Below, in pieces: positions 9,413-20,848 of a DNA stretch of 64,000 nt. The notes beneath the pieces are model-generated. The model ran no database searches. It was not told the DNA's origin and worked only from the letters and a program-made list of their open reading frames with translations. The position numbers and the translations under genes are program-made. Position 1 is the first letter of the stretch; every line of letters starts with the position of its first letter. Source of the DNA: an uncultured Actinomycetes bacterium (lineage in GTDB: Bacteria; Actinomycetota; UBA4738; HRBIN12); the NCBI GenBank assembly GCA_963792215.1, contig CAWBVL010000001.1, forward strand, positions 385,646-449,645, given 5' to 3'.

Positions 9413-11188
9413 GTGGCCCGCATCCGCCAAGAAGACGTCGAGGCAGTCAAGGAACGAACGGACATCGTCCAGCTCGTCGGCCAGTACCTCACGCTCAAGA
9501 AGTCCGGCCACGACTCGCTGACCGGCCTCTGCCCGTTCCACCAGGAGAAGACCGGCTCGTTCAGCGTCTCGCCGGCCAAGCAGGTCTTCTATTGCTTCGG
9601 CTGCGGCAAGGGCGGTGACGCGATCACGTTCCTGCGCGAGCTCGAGCACCTCTCGTATGTAGAGGCGATCGAGCGGTTGGCCTCGGTCGCCGGCGTCACG
9701 CTCCGCTACGAGGGCGACTCGGCGACCGAGCGGCGGGCGTCCGAGCGCCGCAAGGCTCTCTTCCGCGCGAACGAACAGGCCGCCTCGCTGTTCTCGACGA
9801 TGCTGACGTCGGGCAAGGAGGCCACCGACGCTCGCGCGTACGTCACCGAACGCGGCATCACGCCCGAGTCGATCGAGACATTCGAGATCGGCTACGCGCC
9901 GGGCTACTCGGACTTCCTGCTGCGGCGGCTGGCCGGCAACCGCGACCTCTCGTCCGAGGTCCTGCTCGAGGCCGGCCTGGCCAGTCGCGGCGAGGACGGG
10001 ACCGTTCGCGACCGGTTCCGCGGGCGGCTGACGTTCCCGATCCAAGATCTCCAAGGTCGCCATATCGGCTTCGGCGCCCGGGTGCTGCCCTCCGACGCCC
10101 GGGCAGGCGAGCAGGCGAAGTACCTCAACACTGCCGAGACGCCGATCTACCGCAAGCACGAGGTGCTGTACAACATGCACCGGGCTCGGCAGGCGGTCGC
10201 CAAGACCGGCGACGTGTTCGTCGTGGAGGGGTACACCGACGTGATCGGGCTGGCCCAAGCCGGGATCACCAACGTAGTCGCGACCTGCGGCACGGCGCTT
10301 GGGGAGCGCCACTTCGAGCAGCTCTCCCGGTTCGCGACGCGGGCGATCCTCTCGTTCGATTCGGACGAGGCCGGCGCCCGGGCGGCCGAGCGGGCGTTCG
10401 GGTTCCAGGAGCGGTACCCGATCACCGCGGTTGTGCTGATCATGCCCGACGGCCTCGACCCGGCCGACTTCGTGGCCAAGCACGGCGCAGACGCCGTGGG
10501 CGCCGCAGCTTCCTCGGCCCGTCCGCTGGTCGAGTACATGGTCCGGCGAACCGTCGAGCGGCACGACCTCGGCACGATCGAGGGCCGCTCCGCCGCGGTT
10601 GCCGACGCCCTGCCGATCCTCGAGCGCCTCAACGATCCGATCCGTCGGTCCGAATACGAGGGGCTGCTCGCCGATCTGGCGGGCGTCTCGCACGCGAGCG
10701 TTGCGCAATCGCTCGCGCGCAACCTCAGCGGCAAACCTGCCGAGGTCGCGTCGACGATGAAGCGCGGCACCGCCCGCGAGCGGCTCGAGCGTGAGGTGGT
10801 CAAGCTCATCGCGCGTGGCGACCTCGGTCCCGACCTCGCCGCGACCATCGACGAGTCCGATCTTTCGACGCCGAAGCAACGCGCGTTGTTCGCAGCGCTC
10901 CGCGATGTCAGATGGGACTCGGGCGCGATCGTCGGCGGCGAAGACGGCGATCTGTCCGCGAAGGTTGCCGCCTTGATCGTTGAGCCCCTCGAGGGGGAGC
11001 CCACGCCCGCGTACGCGGAGGCCGTGGTCGATCGGCTGCGTACCTTCGTACTCAAGGCGCAAAGCGACGAAGTGCGCGGCAAGCTCCAGCGGATGAACCC
11101 GACGACCGATGCTGACTACGACGAGCTCTTCCGGAGACTGGTGGAGATCGACGGCGAGCTGCGTCGAATGAAGGAGCGGTCACCATGA
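9413..11188 (+). CDS. dnaG: DNA primase.
   Basis: GTG 9413 follows GGGGGA. Zinc ribbon CPFHQEKTGSFSVSPAKQVFYCFGCGKGGD. Toprim motif VVEGYTDVI...SFDSDEAG. Confidence 0.9.
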   Translation: MARIRQEDVEAVKERTDIVQLVGQYLTLKKSGHDSLTGLCPFHQEKTGSFSVSPAKQVFYCFGCGKGGDAITFLRELEHLSYVEAIERLASVAGVTLRYEGDSATERRASERRKALFRANEQAASLFSTMLTSGKEATDARAYVTERGITPESIETFEIGYAPGYSDFLLRRLAGNRDLSSEVLLEAGLASRGEDGTVRDRFRGRLTFPIQDLQGRHIGFGARVLPSDARAGEQAKYLNTAETPIYRKHEVLYNMHRARQAVAKTGDVFVVEGYTDVIGLAQAGITNVVATCGTALGERHFEQLSRFATRAILSFDSDEAGARAAERAFGFQERYPITAVVLIMPDGLDPADFVAKHGADAVGAAASSARPLVEYMVRRTVERHDLGTIEGRSAAVADALPILERLNDPIRRSEYEGLLADLAGVSHASVAQSLARNLSGKPAEVASTMKRGTARERLEREVVKLIARGDLGPDLAATIDESDLSTPKQRALFAALRDVRWDSGAIVGGEDGDLSAKVAALIVEPLEGEPTPAYAEAVVDRLRTFVLKAQSDEVRGKLQRMNPTTDADYDELFRRLVEIDGELRRMKERSP

Positions 11189-11240
11189 GCCTGCTTCCGT
11201 ACACTTACTCGGTCGTGATTGATACCCCCCAGGGCCGACC

Positions 11241-12554
11241 ATGAGCGTTCCCGCCCGCGAAGCCGAGCCGCTCAGCCTCGACGAGGTCAAGGAGCAGCTG
11301 GTCGCAAAGGGCCGCGAGCGTGGCTTCGTCACCTCCGAAGACCTCCTCGAAGCCGTTCCCGTCGACGATTTCACGCAGGAGCAGGTCGAGGAGTTCCTCA
11401 CGCAGGTGCAGGAACATCTGACCGCCGAAGGCGTCGAGGTCATCGAGGTCCCGGGCGACGATACCGATGCCGCCACGCAGGTTCGCATCGAGGTCGATCT
11501 GCTGCGCGCGCCGACCAACGACCCGGTGCGCATGTACCTCAAGGAGATCGGCAAGGTCCCGCTGCTCAACGCCGCGCAAGAGGTCGACCTCGCGCGGCGC
11601 ATCGAGGCGGGGGAGCTGTCGACCGCCTTGCAGCATCAGACCGCCGAGGACGGCAAGCCCGAGCCCAAAGCGTTGAAGTTCATGGTCGAGAAGGTCTGGG
11701 AGATCCGCGATCACCAGCTCAACGCCTTCGGCAAGGTCGAGGGGATCGGGCGCGACAAGATCGCGAAGAGCTACCGCCCGAAAACCGAGCCTGAGCTGAA
11801 CGATTTCTGCCGGCGCGTGGAGCGGGACGGCCAGCTCGCCAAGCGCAAGCTGATCGAGGCCAACCTCCGGCTGGTCGTGTCGATCGCCAAGCGCTACGTC
11901 GGGCGCGGCATGCTCTTCCTCGATCTGATCCAGGAGGGCAACCTCGGCCTGATCCGCGCGGTCGAGAAGTTCGACTACGACAAGGGCTTCAAGTTCTCGA
12001 CGTACGCGACGTGGTGGATCCGGCAGGCGATCACGCGCGCGATCGCCGACCAGGCGCGCACGATCCGCATCCCCGTGCACATGGTCGAGACGATCAACAA
12101 GCTCGTCCGCGTGCAGCGGCAACTGCTGCAGGACCTCGGCCGAGAGCCCACGCCGGAAGAGATCGGCAAGGTGATGGGGATCAGCGCCGAGAAGGTGCGC
12201 GAGATCCAGAAGGTGTCGCAAGAACCGGTCTCGCTCCACACGCCGATCGGCGAGGAAGAGGACTCCCAGCTCGGCGACTTCATCGAGGATGCCGACGCCG
12301 TCGTGCCCGTCGACGCCGCGAGCTTCATCCTGCTCCAGGAACAGCTCGAGGGCGTCCTGCATACGCTGTCGGAGCGCGAGAAGAAAGTGATCCAGCTCCG
12401 GTTCGGGCTCGTCGACGGTCACCCCCGCACCCTCGAAGAGGTCGGCAAGGAGTTCGGCGTCACCCGCGAGCGGATCCGCCAGATCGAATCGAAGACGCTG
12501 TCCAAGCTGCGTCACCCGAGTCGGTCGCAGAAGCTCCGCGATTACCTCGAATAG
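11241..12554 (+). CDS. rpoD: Principal (group 1) RNA polymerase sigma factor.
   Basis: Motifs:
- [10 protein letters not shown]
- [18 protein letters not shown]
- [21 protein letters not shown]
- [30 protein letters not shown]
- [24 protein letters not shown]. Confidence 0.92.
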   Translation: MSVPAREAEPLSLDEVKEQLVAKGRERGFVTSEDLLEAVPVDDFTQEQVEEFLTQVQEHLTAEGVEVIEVPGDDTDAATQVRIEVDLLRAPTNDPVRMYLKEIGKVPLLNAAQEVDLARRIEAGELSTALQHQTAEDGKPEPKALKFMVEKVWEIRDHQLNAFGKVEGIGRDKIAKSYRPKTEPELNDFCRRVERDGQLAKRKLIEANLRLVVSIAKRYVGRGMLFLDLIQEGNLGLIRAVEKFDYDKGFKFSTYATWWIRQAITRAIADQARTIRIPVHMVETINKLVRVQRQLLQDLGREPTPEEIGKVMGISAEKVREIQKVSQEPVSLHTPIGEEEDSQLGDFIEDADAVVPVDAASFILLQEQLEGVLHTLSEREKKVIQLRFGLVDGHPRTLEEVGKEFGVTRERIRQIESKTLSKLRHPSRSQKLRDYLE

Positions 12555-12681
12555 GGGACAGCGCCGTTCCTCCTTTCGGGGGAATCGGTGAGTGGCCCTT
12601 TCGAACTAGTGCATGAATCCTCAACATCACGCCCGCATGCGTCGATGGGCTTCCAACCGCCGAGAGGAACGGAACGAACAT

Positions 12682-13155
12682 ATGCGGGCACTGCGGGTAC
12701 GGGAGGACGACGGCTTCACGCTCATCGAGCTGATGGTCGTCGTGTTGATCATCGGGATCTTGGTGGCGATCGCGTTGCCGACGTTCCTCGGAGCGCGCAA
12801 CCGAGCGCAGGACCGCGCCGCACAGTCGGCCTTGCGGGTGGCGTTGACGTCGGGACGCGTCGTCTTCACCGACTACGACGGCTACGGGCCCGCGACGATC
12901 CCTGAGTTCCAAGCGGTCGATCAGAGCGTGCAGTGGGTGTCCGCGTCGCTGTCCAGCACGACCCCGACCACGGTCAGCGGGGACACGACCGGCGGCGTCC
13001 TCACCATCGCCTCGTTCTCGAAGTCCGGGAACTGCTTCTTCCTGCTGGACGATCCGCCGCACGACATCAGGTACGGCGAGATCACCAACGCCACGTGGGT
13101 GGACTGCAACGCGGCCAACCGCGGCACGGTACCTTCCTGGGCGCCCTCATGGTAG
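12682..13155 (+). CDS. Type IV pilin / pseudopilin with a prepilin N-terminal methylation motif.
   Basis: DDGFTLIELMVVVLIIGILVAIALPTF matches the class III signal (G|FTLIE). I chose ATG 12682 over upstream in-frame starts. Confidence 0.75.
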   Translation: MRALRVREDDGFTLIELMVVVLIIGILVAIALPTFLGARNRAQDRAAQSALRVALTSGRVVFTDYDGYGPATIPEFQAVDQSVQWVSASLSSTTPTTVSGDTTGGVLTIASFSKSGNCFFLLDDPPHDIRYGEITNATWVDCNAANRGTVPSWAPSW

Positions 13156-13156
13156 G

Positions 13157-13423
13157 TCAGCTCCAGGCGGCTTCGTCGTAGCCCTGCTCGGCGAGCCGGT
13201 CACGGATCGCCACGCGCGCGCGCCGGATCGCGTCGAGGCTCCGGACGGTCGCACGATCTGAGAAGGCCGACGTCCGGCCGGAGAAAGCCCGCATCATCGG
13301 GTTGGCCGAGCGCGTCTGTTGGGGGCCGTGGACGATCGCCTCGTCGTCTGCCGACAGCTTCTTCGCGATCATCAGCCCCGTCACGACACCGGCGCCGAAC
13401 AGGAACAGCGTGCGCAGCTTCAT
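13157..13423 (-). CDS. Small membrane-anchored protein (88 aa).
   Basis: Begins MKLRTLFLFGAGVVTGLMIAKKL. GGGAGGGAG lies upstream of the ATG (cat 13421-13423). Confidence 0.5.
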   Translation of the reverse strand: MKLRTLFLFGAGVVTGLMIAKKLSADDEAIVHGPQQTRSANPMMRAFSGRTSAFSDRATVRSLDAIRRARVAIRDRLAEQGYDEAAWS

Positions 13424-13528
13424 CGAGGCTCCCTCCCGGTCGATAGGGAAGCGTACCGCGAGGCGCCAGGAGGGCCCTGCCGGAAAGGCCACTGCCGGGG
13501 AGGGCCAGGTAGACTCGCCGCGTCCCGT

Positions 13529-13601
13529 TCCGGGGTAGCTCAATCGGCAGAGCGGCGGACTGTTAATCCGTAGGTTGAGAGTTCAAGTCTCTCCCCCGGA
13601 G
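13529..13601 (+). tRNA. tRNA-Asn (GTT).
   Basis: I folded the cloverleaf by hand: acceptor tccgggg/ccccgga, anticodon loop CTGTTAA, T-arm gagag-ttcaagt-ctctc. CCA is not encoded. Confidence 0.85.
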
Positions 13602-13734
13602 CTCCTCTCGGAGGGTCTATCGCCGAGCGCGACGGATGTGACCTCGATCTTTGCGTATCCGCAGCTCGGCCGACGGTCAGCTCAGTGACGAGTCGCTCCT
13701 CATCGTCTTCGCGTCGTGCAGGGTATCGCGAGGT

Positions 13735-14772
13735 CTAGTGGCAATCGGTGGTTCCGGAGTCGGAGAAGGACTGACCTGCTTCCGAGATGAACTGCCAGTC
13801 GTAACTGGTGGGATGCAGCGTCAGCGCGAGCACACCATAAGCCGAGGAGTTCTGGACCTCGCTGTTGGGCTGTGTCGTTGAGAACTTGCCGTGGCTCTTT
13901 CCTCCCGTGCCGACCACGAACTCGCGGATGCCGTCGGCCGCTGCCTGTTGCGAAGGCGTCTGCGGGGCGAACCGTTCGTAGACATGTTGGTTCCCGCCGA
14001 GCACGACGTCGGCGCCTGCCGCATAGAGGGCGTCCCAGAACTTCGCCACGTGAGTCGTCCCGCCGCTGACGCTTGACACGAACCGCGGGTGATGCCAAAA
14101 CGCCAGCGTGCACAGCGCCGGATGTGCGGCGAGATCCGCCTGGAGGAATCGATACTGCGCGGACCGTGCGCTGCATCCGCCGACTTGCCTGCAGACAGAA
14201 TTCAGCGCGATGATGTGCCAGCTCCCGACATCGAAGCTGTAGTACCCCTCCGAGGGATCGCCGGCCGCTGAACCGAAATACGAGAAATAGCCTTCGCCTG
14301 GCGTCGTCGAACAATCGGTGCCCCCATGGGTCAGGTATTCCTGGTCTCCAGGGACAGGAGATGTGATTGCCTTCAGGGCTTGCGCTCCCCACGTGGGGCC
14401 GTAGGACGCGTCGAATGCGTCCAAGCCCCCGCATTCGTATTGCGTGTCCCCAACCGCCAAGATCCGTTGCAGGTCCGTCGAGGCCAAGAGATCTTCGAGG
14501 ATCGCGCTGGTTGCCTGCATGTGGCATTTCGTTGCCGTGCCGGCCCCGCCATGGAAGGCCGACGCGCTCGGGTCGCACGCGATATCCCCGGCCGCGGCGA
14601 TCACCGGATCGCCGCTCGTATCGGCCGCCGCGGGGGAGGGAACGGCAGCTTGCACGATCGGCGCAAGGAGCAACGCCGCAACGATCACCGCAGCGAACGA
14701 TCGCTTCTCGCGTCGGGCCGCGCGTGCCGGCCACAGTTGCCTTGCGTAGCTGCGGGGAGGGGTCGCGTTCAT
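13735..14772 (-). CDS. Secreted calcineurin-like metallophosphoesterase.
   Basis: Signal peptide. Motifs AAGDIACD, AVGDTQYE, PGDQEY, WHHP and GGNQHVYERF. Confidence 0.8.
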   Translation of the reverse strand: MNATPPRSYARQLWPARAARREKRSFAAVIVAALLLAPIVQAAVPSPAAADTSGDPVIAAAGDIACDPSASAFHGGAGTATKCHMQATSAILEDLLASTDLQRILAVGDTQYECGGLDAFDASYGPTWGAQALKAITSPVPGDQEYLTHGGTDCSTTPGEGYFSYFGSAAGDPSEGYYSFDVGSWHIIALNSVCRQVGGCSARSAQYRFLQADLAAHPALCTLAFWHHPRFVSSVSGGTTHVAKFWDALYAAGADVVLGGNQHVYERFAPQTPSQQAAADGIREFVVGTGGKSHGKFSTTQPNSEVQNSSAYGVLALTLHPTSYDWQFISEAGQSFSDSGTTDCH

Positions 14773-14926
14773 CGGTCAGATGGTTTGTCGGGAGGGGGCA
14801 CCGTATACCCCCCGATACCTTCCAGTCACCCGTCGAACGGACCATCGGCGCCGGCACCGAGGTGCGCCTGCGGAGCTGCTCCAGACCGGGGCGTTCGCCC
14901 TGGCGGAGCCTTCTTCACGCGGATGG

Positions 14927-15071
14927 GCACGCCGGATCCGAACAGTCAGGTCCGTAACAACACCACCTACGGGATCATGAATCTGACGCTCCGGTCGACG
15001 AGCTACGACTGGCGGTTCATCCCGGTGCCAGGGTCGACGTTCACGGACTCGGTACCACGGCCTGCCACTGA
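14927..15071 (+). pseudogene. 3'-terminal remnant (about 48 aa) of a second metallophosphoesterase, on the opposite strand to its intact paralogue.
   Basis: GTPDPNSQVRNNTTYGIMNLTLRSTSYDWRFIPVPGSTFTDS aligns with TTQPNSEVQNSSAYGVLALTLHPTSYDWQFISEAGQSFSDS of 13735..14772. Restoring one G near 15050 gives ...DSGTTACH*, compared with ...DSGTTDCH* in the paralogue. Confidence 0.55.
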
Positions 15072-15169
15072 CCTGCGGCGTCGGCGACGGACCTAGGTCT
15101 TCGGACGTGGTCCTCATCGCCCTTGGGAGCTACACGACACGAGGCACGGGGGGTACCCTCCGTACGAAC

Positions 15170-16105
15170 ATGACGCCCCCGGAGAGGACGCCGCCATCCG
15201 ATCGCACGGAAGATCTGCGTGCGCGTCTGCGTCCGCGCGCGCTCGAGGGCGGCGCGGTCGGGCCGAGCGAGCGGTTCGCGCTCGAGCGGATCCAAGCGTT
15301 GGAGGTGCAGGTCGCCGCCGCGCATGAGCGCGAGCGGTCGCTGACCGAGCTCGCCGTTCGCGACGGCAACAAGATCGCCGAGCTCGAGGGCACCGTCGAG
15401 GACCTATCCGATCTTGCCGCGCGCGCGCAGTCCTCCGAGCGGTCGCTGTTCGAGGCCGAGGGCCGCGCCGAGACCGCGGTCCGGCGTGCCGAACTGATGG
15501 AAGGCGAGCTCATGTCCACGCGCGGCGAGGTCGATCGCCTGCGTACCCAGGTGCTCGAGCTCGAAGCGAGCCTGCGCCGGGCGCTCGCCGAGGTCGGGGC
15601 CGCGGCTGCGGCGCAACCGGCCGACGCGGGTACGGAGCAGACCGCACGTATGGAGGAATCGGCGCGGCGCTCGGTGGAGCTCGCCGACCGTTTGCGCATC
15701 AAGGTCGTGGACCTCGAATCGAGCCTGCGGACCGTCGTGAGCGAGATGAACGAGGCCGCCGCCACGCAGATCCGGGCCGAGGAAGCAGAAGCAGCGCTGA
15801 AGGCCGCCGAGGAGGCGCGCGCCGCCACGATGGCCGACGACGACCGGGCCGCCGAAGCGGAGGGCCGGCTGGGAGAGCTCGAGGAGCGACTGGCCGCCCT
15901 GGACACCCGCATCGCCGCGCTCAGCACCTCGTTGCGGCCCGGCCGCGATGACGACACCGTCGTCGACATCCGTGAGGCGGAAGGCGAGGCCGAGGACAGC
16001 GATGAGGCCGAGGACGAAGGGCTCCGATTCCCGGACGCTCCGGGGTCGCAGGAGGGCGCGATCACGCCGCCCGCCTCCCGCTGGTCCGACTGGCGCTCGA
16101 CGTAG
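15170..16105 (+). CDS. Coiled-coil protein with an acidic C-terminus.
   Basis: Long heptad-like Ala/Glu/Arg/Leu sequence (LEVQVAAAHERERSLTEL..., VLELEASLRRALAEV...). The start is uncertain (15107 or 15170). Confidence 0.55.
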   Translation: MTPPERTPPSDRTEDLRARLRPRALEGGAVGPSERFALERIQALEVQVAAAHERERSLTELAVRDGNKIAELEGTVEDLSDLAARAQSSERSLFEAEGRAETAVRRAELMEGELMSTRGEVDRLRTQVLELEASLRRALAEVGAAAAAQPADAGTEQTARMEESARRSVELADRLRIKVVDLESSLRTVVSEMNEAAATQIRAEEAEAALKAAEEARAATMADDDRAAEAEGRLGELEERLAALDTRIAALSTSLRPGRDDDTVVDIREAEGEAEDSDEAEDEGLRFPDAPGSQEGAITPPASRWSDWRST

Positions 16106-16158
16106 CGCGTCCCGCTCCGCCTCTATCCTGGCTCCTTCTGCGACCGGAAGGATCCACC

Positions 16159-17133
16159 GTGACCGATCGATCGACCGGCGTGCTGGTGATGGCGTACGGC
16201 ACCGCCAGCGGACCCGACGACATCGAGCGCTACTACACCGACATCCGCGGCGGCCGGACGCCGTCTCCCGAGCATCTCGAGCAGCTCCGCGGCCGCTACG
16301 CCGCGATCGGGAACAGCTTCCCGCTGCTCAACACGACGACGGCCCAGGCGAACGGCATCGTCGAGCGGCTGAACGCCAGCGGTGGTGGCATCCTCCGCGC
16401 GTATCTCGGGATGAAGCACTCGTCACCGACGATCGCCGACGCGGTTGAGCAGATGGCGGCCGACGGCGTGGATCGCGCGATCGGCATCGTGATGGCGCCC
16501 CATTGGTCGGGGATGTCTGTCGAGACCTATGTGGATCGTGCCAAGGCGGCGATCGGCGAGCGCGGTCTGGACCTACCTATCACGTTCGTGCGCGCGTTCC
16601 ACGATCACCCGATGTTCATCGGGTGGGTGGCCGACCACCTGCGCACAACGCTCGACACGCTCGACGACCGGGCGCGCGAGAAGGTCACCGTGCTCTTCAC
16701 CGCCCACTCGCTCCCGACGCGCACGCTTCCCGACGGCACGCAGCGATGCAAGACCTGTGATTGCGAGCCGTCGTGCCGATACCGCGACGGCCTGCAGGAG
16801 ACCGGCGACCTCGTCGCGAAGGAGGTCGGCCTCGACGATCATCGGATCGCGTGGCAGTCGGTCGGTCGTACCGCCGACCCGTGGTGGGGGCCCGGCATCA
16901 ACGAGGTGATTTCCGAGCTCACGGCCGAGGGGCGCACGGCGTGCGTCGTGTGCTGCGTCGGGTTCGTCGCCGACCATCTCGAGACGCTGTACGACCTCGA
17001 CATCGAGGCGACCGCGGAGGCGAAACAGGCGGGTCTCGCGTTCGCGCGCACGCCGATGCCGAACGCGGACCCGGCGTTCTGCGACATGCTCGCGGAGGTC
17101 GTCCGCGAGCACCTCGCGGAGGTCCCGGCGTGA
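16159..17133 (+). CDS. hemH: Ferrochelatase (actinobacterial coproporphyrin ferrochelatase type).
   Basis: GTG follows GGAAGGA. VLVMAYGTASGPDDIERYYTDIRGGR and FTAHSLP motifs. Cys-rich insert CKTCDCEPSC...CVVCCVGFVADHLETLYDLD. Confidence 0.88.
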   Translation: MTDRSTGVLVMAYGTASGPDDIERYYTDIRGGRTPSPEHLEQLRGRYAAIGNSFPLLNTTTAQANGIVERLNASGGGILRAYLGMKHSSPTIADAVEQMAADGVDRAIGIVMAPHWSGMSVETYVDRAKAAIGERGLDLPITFVRAFHDHPMFIGWVADHLRTTLDTLDDRAREKVTVLFTAHSLPTRTLPDGTQRCKTCDCEPSCRYRDGLQETGDLVAKEVGLDDHRIAWQSVGRTADPWWGPGINEVISELTAEGRTACVVCCVGFVADHLETLYDLDIEATAEAKQAGLAFARTPMPNADPAFCDMLAEVVREHLAEVPA

Positions 17134-17915
17134 AGCTCATCACGTGGAACGTGAACTCGGTGAGGCAGCGCCTCGCGCGGCTGCTCGCAGCCCTGGAGCG
17201 ACACGAGCCCGACGTCGTCTGCCTTCAGGAGACCAAGGTCGAGGACGCCGACTTCCCGACGATGGAGGTCTCGGCGGCCGGCTACGAGATCGCGACGCTC
17301 GGTCAGCGCGCGTACAACGGCGTGGCGATCCTGTCTCGCGTCGGCCTCGACAACGTGTCGACCGGTTTCGCCGGCGACCCGGTGCCGGAGCAGTCCCGCG
17401 TCGTGACCGCGACGGCCGGCGGCGTCGATATCGTCTGCGTGTACGTCGTCAACGGGAAGGTGGTCGGCGACCCGGCGTACGAGACCAAGCTCGCGTGGCT
17501 CGAGGCGTTGCGGACGTGGCTCGAAATCACGCGCGACCCGCAGCAGCCGTTGATCGTCGCGGGCGACTTCAACATCGCGCCGGATGATCGCGACGTCTGG
17601 GACCCGGTGCTGTGGGCGGGCCAGAACCTCGCGAGCGAACCCGAGCGCGAGCGTCTATGCGCGCTGATGGACTGGGGCCTGACCGATCTGGGTCGCGCCT
17701 CTGCCGGTGACGTGCAGGGCCCGTTCGCCTACTGGGACTACCAGGCGGGCGCGTTCCATAAGGGCTGGGGGCTCCGGATCGACCTGGCGCTCGGAACCGC
17801 GCCGATCGCCGCGCGGCTGAAGGAGGTCGTCGTCGAGCGGGACGAGCGCAAGCCGACGTTCGGTGAAGGCAAGCCGAGCGATCACGCGCCGGTGATCGTC
17901 ACGCTGTCGGGATGA
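17130..17915 (+). CDS. xthA: Exodeoxyribonuclease III.
   Basis: GTGA overlap with hemH. Motifs KLITWNVNSVRQR, DVVCLQETK, YNGVAILSR, AGDFNIAP, WDYQ and SDHAPV. Confidence 0.88.
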   Translation: MKLITWNVNSVRQRLARLLAALERHEPDVVCLQETKVEDADFPTMEVSAAGYEIATLGQRAYNGVAILSRVGLDNVSTGFAGDPVPEQSRVVTATAGGVDIVCVYVVNGKVVGDPAYETKLAWLEALRTWLEITRDPQQPLIVAGDFNIAPDDRDVWDPVLWAGQNLASEPERERLCALMDWGLTDLGRASAGDVQGPFAYWDYQAGAFHKGWGLRIDLALGTAPIAARLKEVVVERDERKPTFGEGKPSDHAPVIVTLSG

Positions 17916-18747
17916 GCGACCTGCTGGTCGACGCGACCTGGCTCGCGTCACACCGCGACGAGGTGGTGGTCGCGGACGTCCGTTGGTCCGCGACCGGCGG
18001 AACCGCGGAGGCCGAGCGGGCATTCGAGGCGGGACACATCCCCGGGGCGGCGTTCTTCGATGTGGATCGCGACCTCGCGGCTGTGCCGTTCGTCGAGGGG
18101 CCGGGCAGGCATCCGCTGCCCGATCCCGAGCGGTTCGCCACGGCGCTCGCCTCAAGGGGGATCGGCGCGAACGACCTGGTGGTCGCGTACGACGACGGCG
18201 GGGGCGGGGTAGCCGCCCGGCTATGGTGGCTGCTCGACGCCGTGGGCAGGCCGTGTGCGCTCCTCGACGGTGGCCTCCCCGCGTGGCCGGATCCGCTCGA
18301 ACGAGGCCCGGCCACACCGCGACGGGCCGCGGCGATCGATATCCGGCCGTGGCCCAAGGATCGGCTCGTCGACGCCGGCGGTGTGGCCGACGCGCTCGCC
18401 GCCGGCGACGTCGTGCTCGATGCGCGGGTCGGCGAGCGGTATCGCGGCGAGACCGAGCCCATCGATCCGGTCGCCGGGCACATCCCCGGTGCGCGCTCTG
18501 CGCCCTTCCCCGATATCCTCGGCCCCGACGGCAAGTCCCGCTCGCCACAGGAACTCCGGGGTCTGTTCGAGGCCACGGGCGTGACCGGCGCGACCGTGCC
18601 AATCGTCTACTGCGGGAGCGGCGTGACCGCGTCGCTCGACGTGTTCGCGCTCAAGCTCGCCGGTCTCGGCGACGCGCGTCTGTATGAGGGCTCGTGGTCG
18701 GATTGGGTGCACGATCCGTCGGGACCGGTCGCGACGGGAGCGGATCC

Positions 18748-18751
<4 letters not shown>
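17912..18751 (+). CDS. sseA: Tandem-rhodanese sulfurtransferase (3-mercaptopyruvate/thiosulfate type).
   Basis: ATGA overlap with xth[11 protein letters not shown]; active-site loop YCGSGVTAS. Confidence 0.85.
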
Positions 18752-20139
<1,388 letters not shown>

Positions 20140-20188
20140 GGCCCCATCGTAGCTGGGGCTAGAGGGCCCAGCCGGTACGCTTCGTCGC

Positions 20189-20572
20189 ATGGAGATCGCA
20201 CGAGGGGCCGACGCGTCCTATGAGCATGGCGATACGGGCAGGTTCACGGGCGAGGTGTCGCTCCGCGCCACGGTCGTTGCCGACGACGGCACGAACGTGG
20301 GGATCGTGACCTTCGCGGCGGGCGCGCGGACCCACTGGCACCAGCACTCCGGCGGGCAGTTCCTATACGCGGTCGCCGGCCGGGGTCGTGTCAGGAGCCG
20401 CGGTGAAGCGGGCCACATCCTGGAGGCCGGCGACGTCATCCACGTCACGCCGGGGGAGTGGCATTTCCACGGCGGCACACCGGATTCGCCGCTCGTGCAC
20501 GTCGCGGTGAACGGTGGGAACCCCGAATGGGGCGACCCGGTCACCGACGACGAGTACTACGAGGGCTTCTAG
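20189..20572 (+). CDS. Cupin-domain protein.
   Basis: [18 protein letters not shown]...[15 protein letters not shown], the two-motif cupin pattern. Confidence 0.7.
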   Translation: MEIARGADASYEHGDTGRFTGEVSLRATVVADDGTNVGIVTFAAGARTHWHQHSGGQFLYAVAGRGRVRSRGEAGHILEAGDVIHVTPGEWHFHGGTPDSPLVHVAVNGGNPEWGDPVTDDEYYEGF

Positions 20573-20848
20573 CCGACTTCCGTATCGCGCGACCCGGGGT
20601 AGGTTCGGGAGCCGGAGCGAAGCAGTGCGTTCGCCCCAACCCGACCTGCAATGCGATCCCAAGAGCTTCAAGCCGCCACCGGCCTGGCAAGCGTCGTGGC
20701 AACCGACGGCCGCTGCGTGGGGTATGGCCGCTGTGCGCAAGGATCGATCGTGTGCCGTTGGCTCCTCGTCAGTGTTGTCGTCCTATGGCTGGGCCTATCG
20801 CCGGCTCCACGGGTGGTAGAAGCTTGCGCGGATGCTCATCCCCTTCAG

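Noticed and set aside
8391-12554. The dgt-dnaG-rpoD block as something novel.
   Set aside because: The dgt-dnaG and dnaG-rpoD linkages are well-known conserved housekeeping arrangements. All three genes are intact and ordinary.
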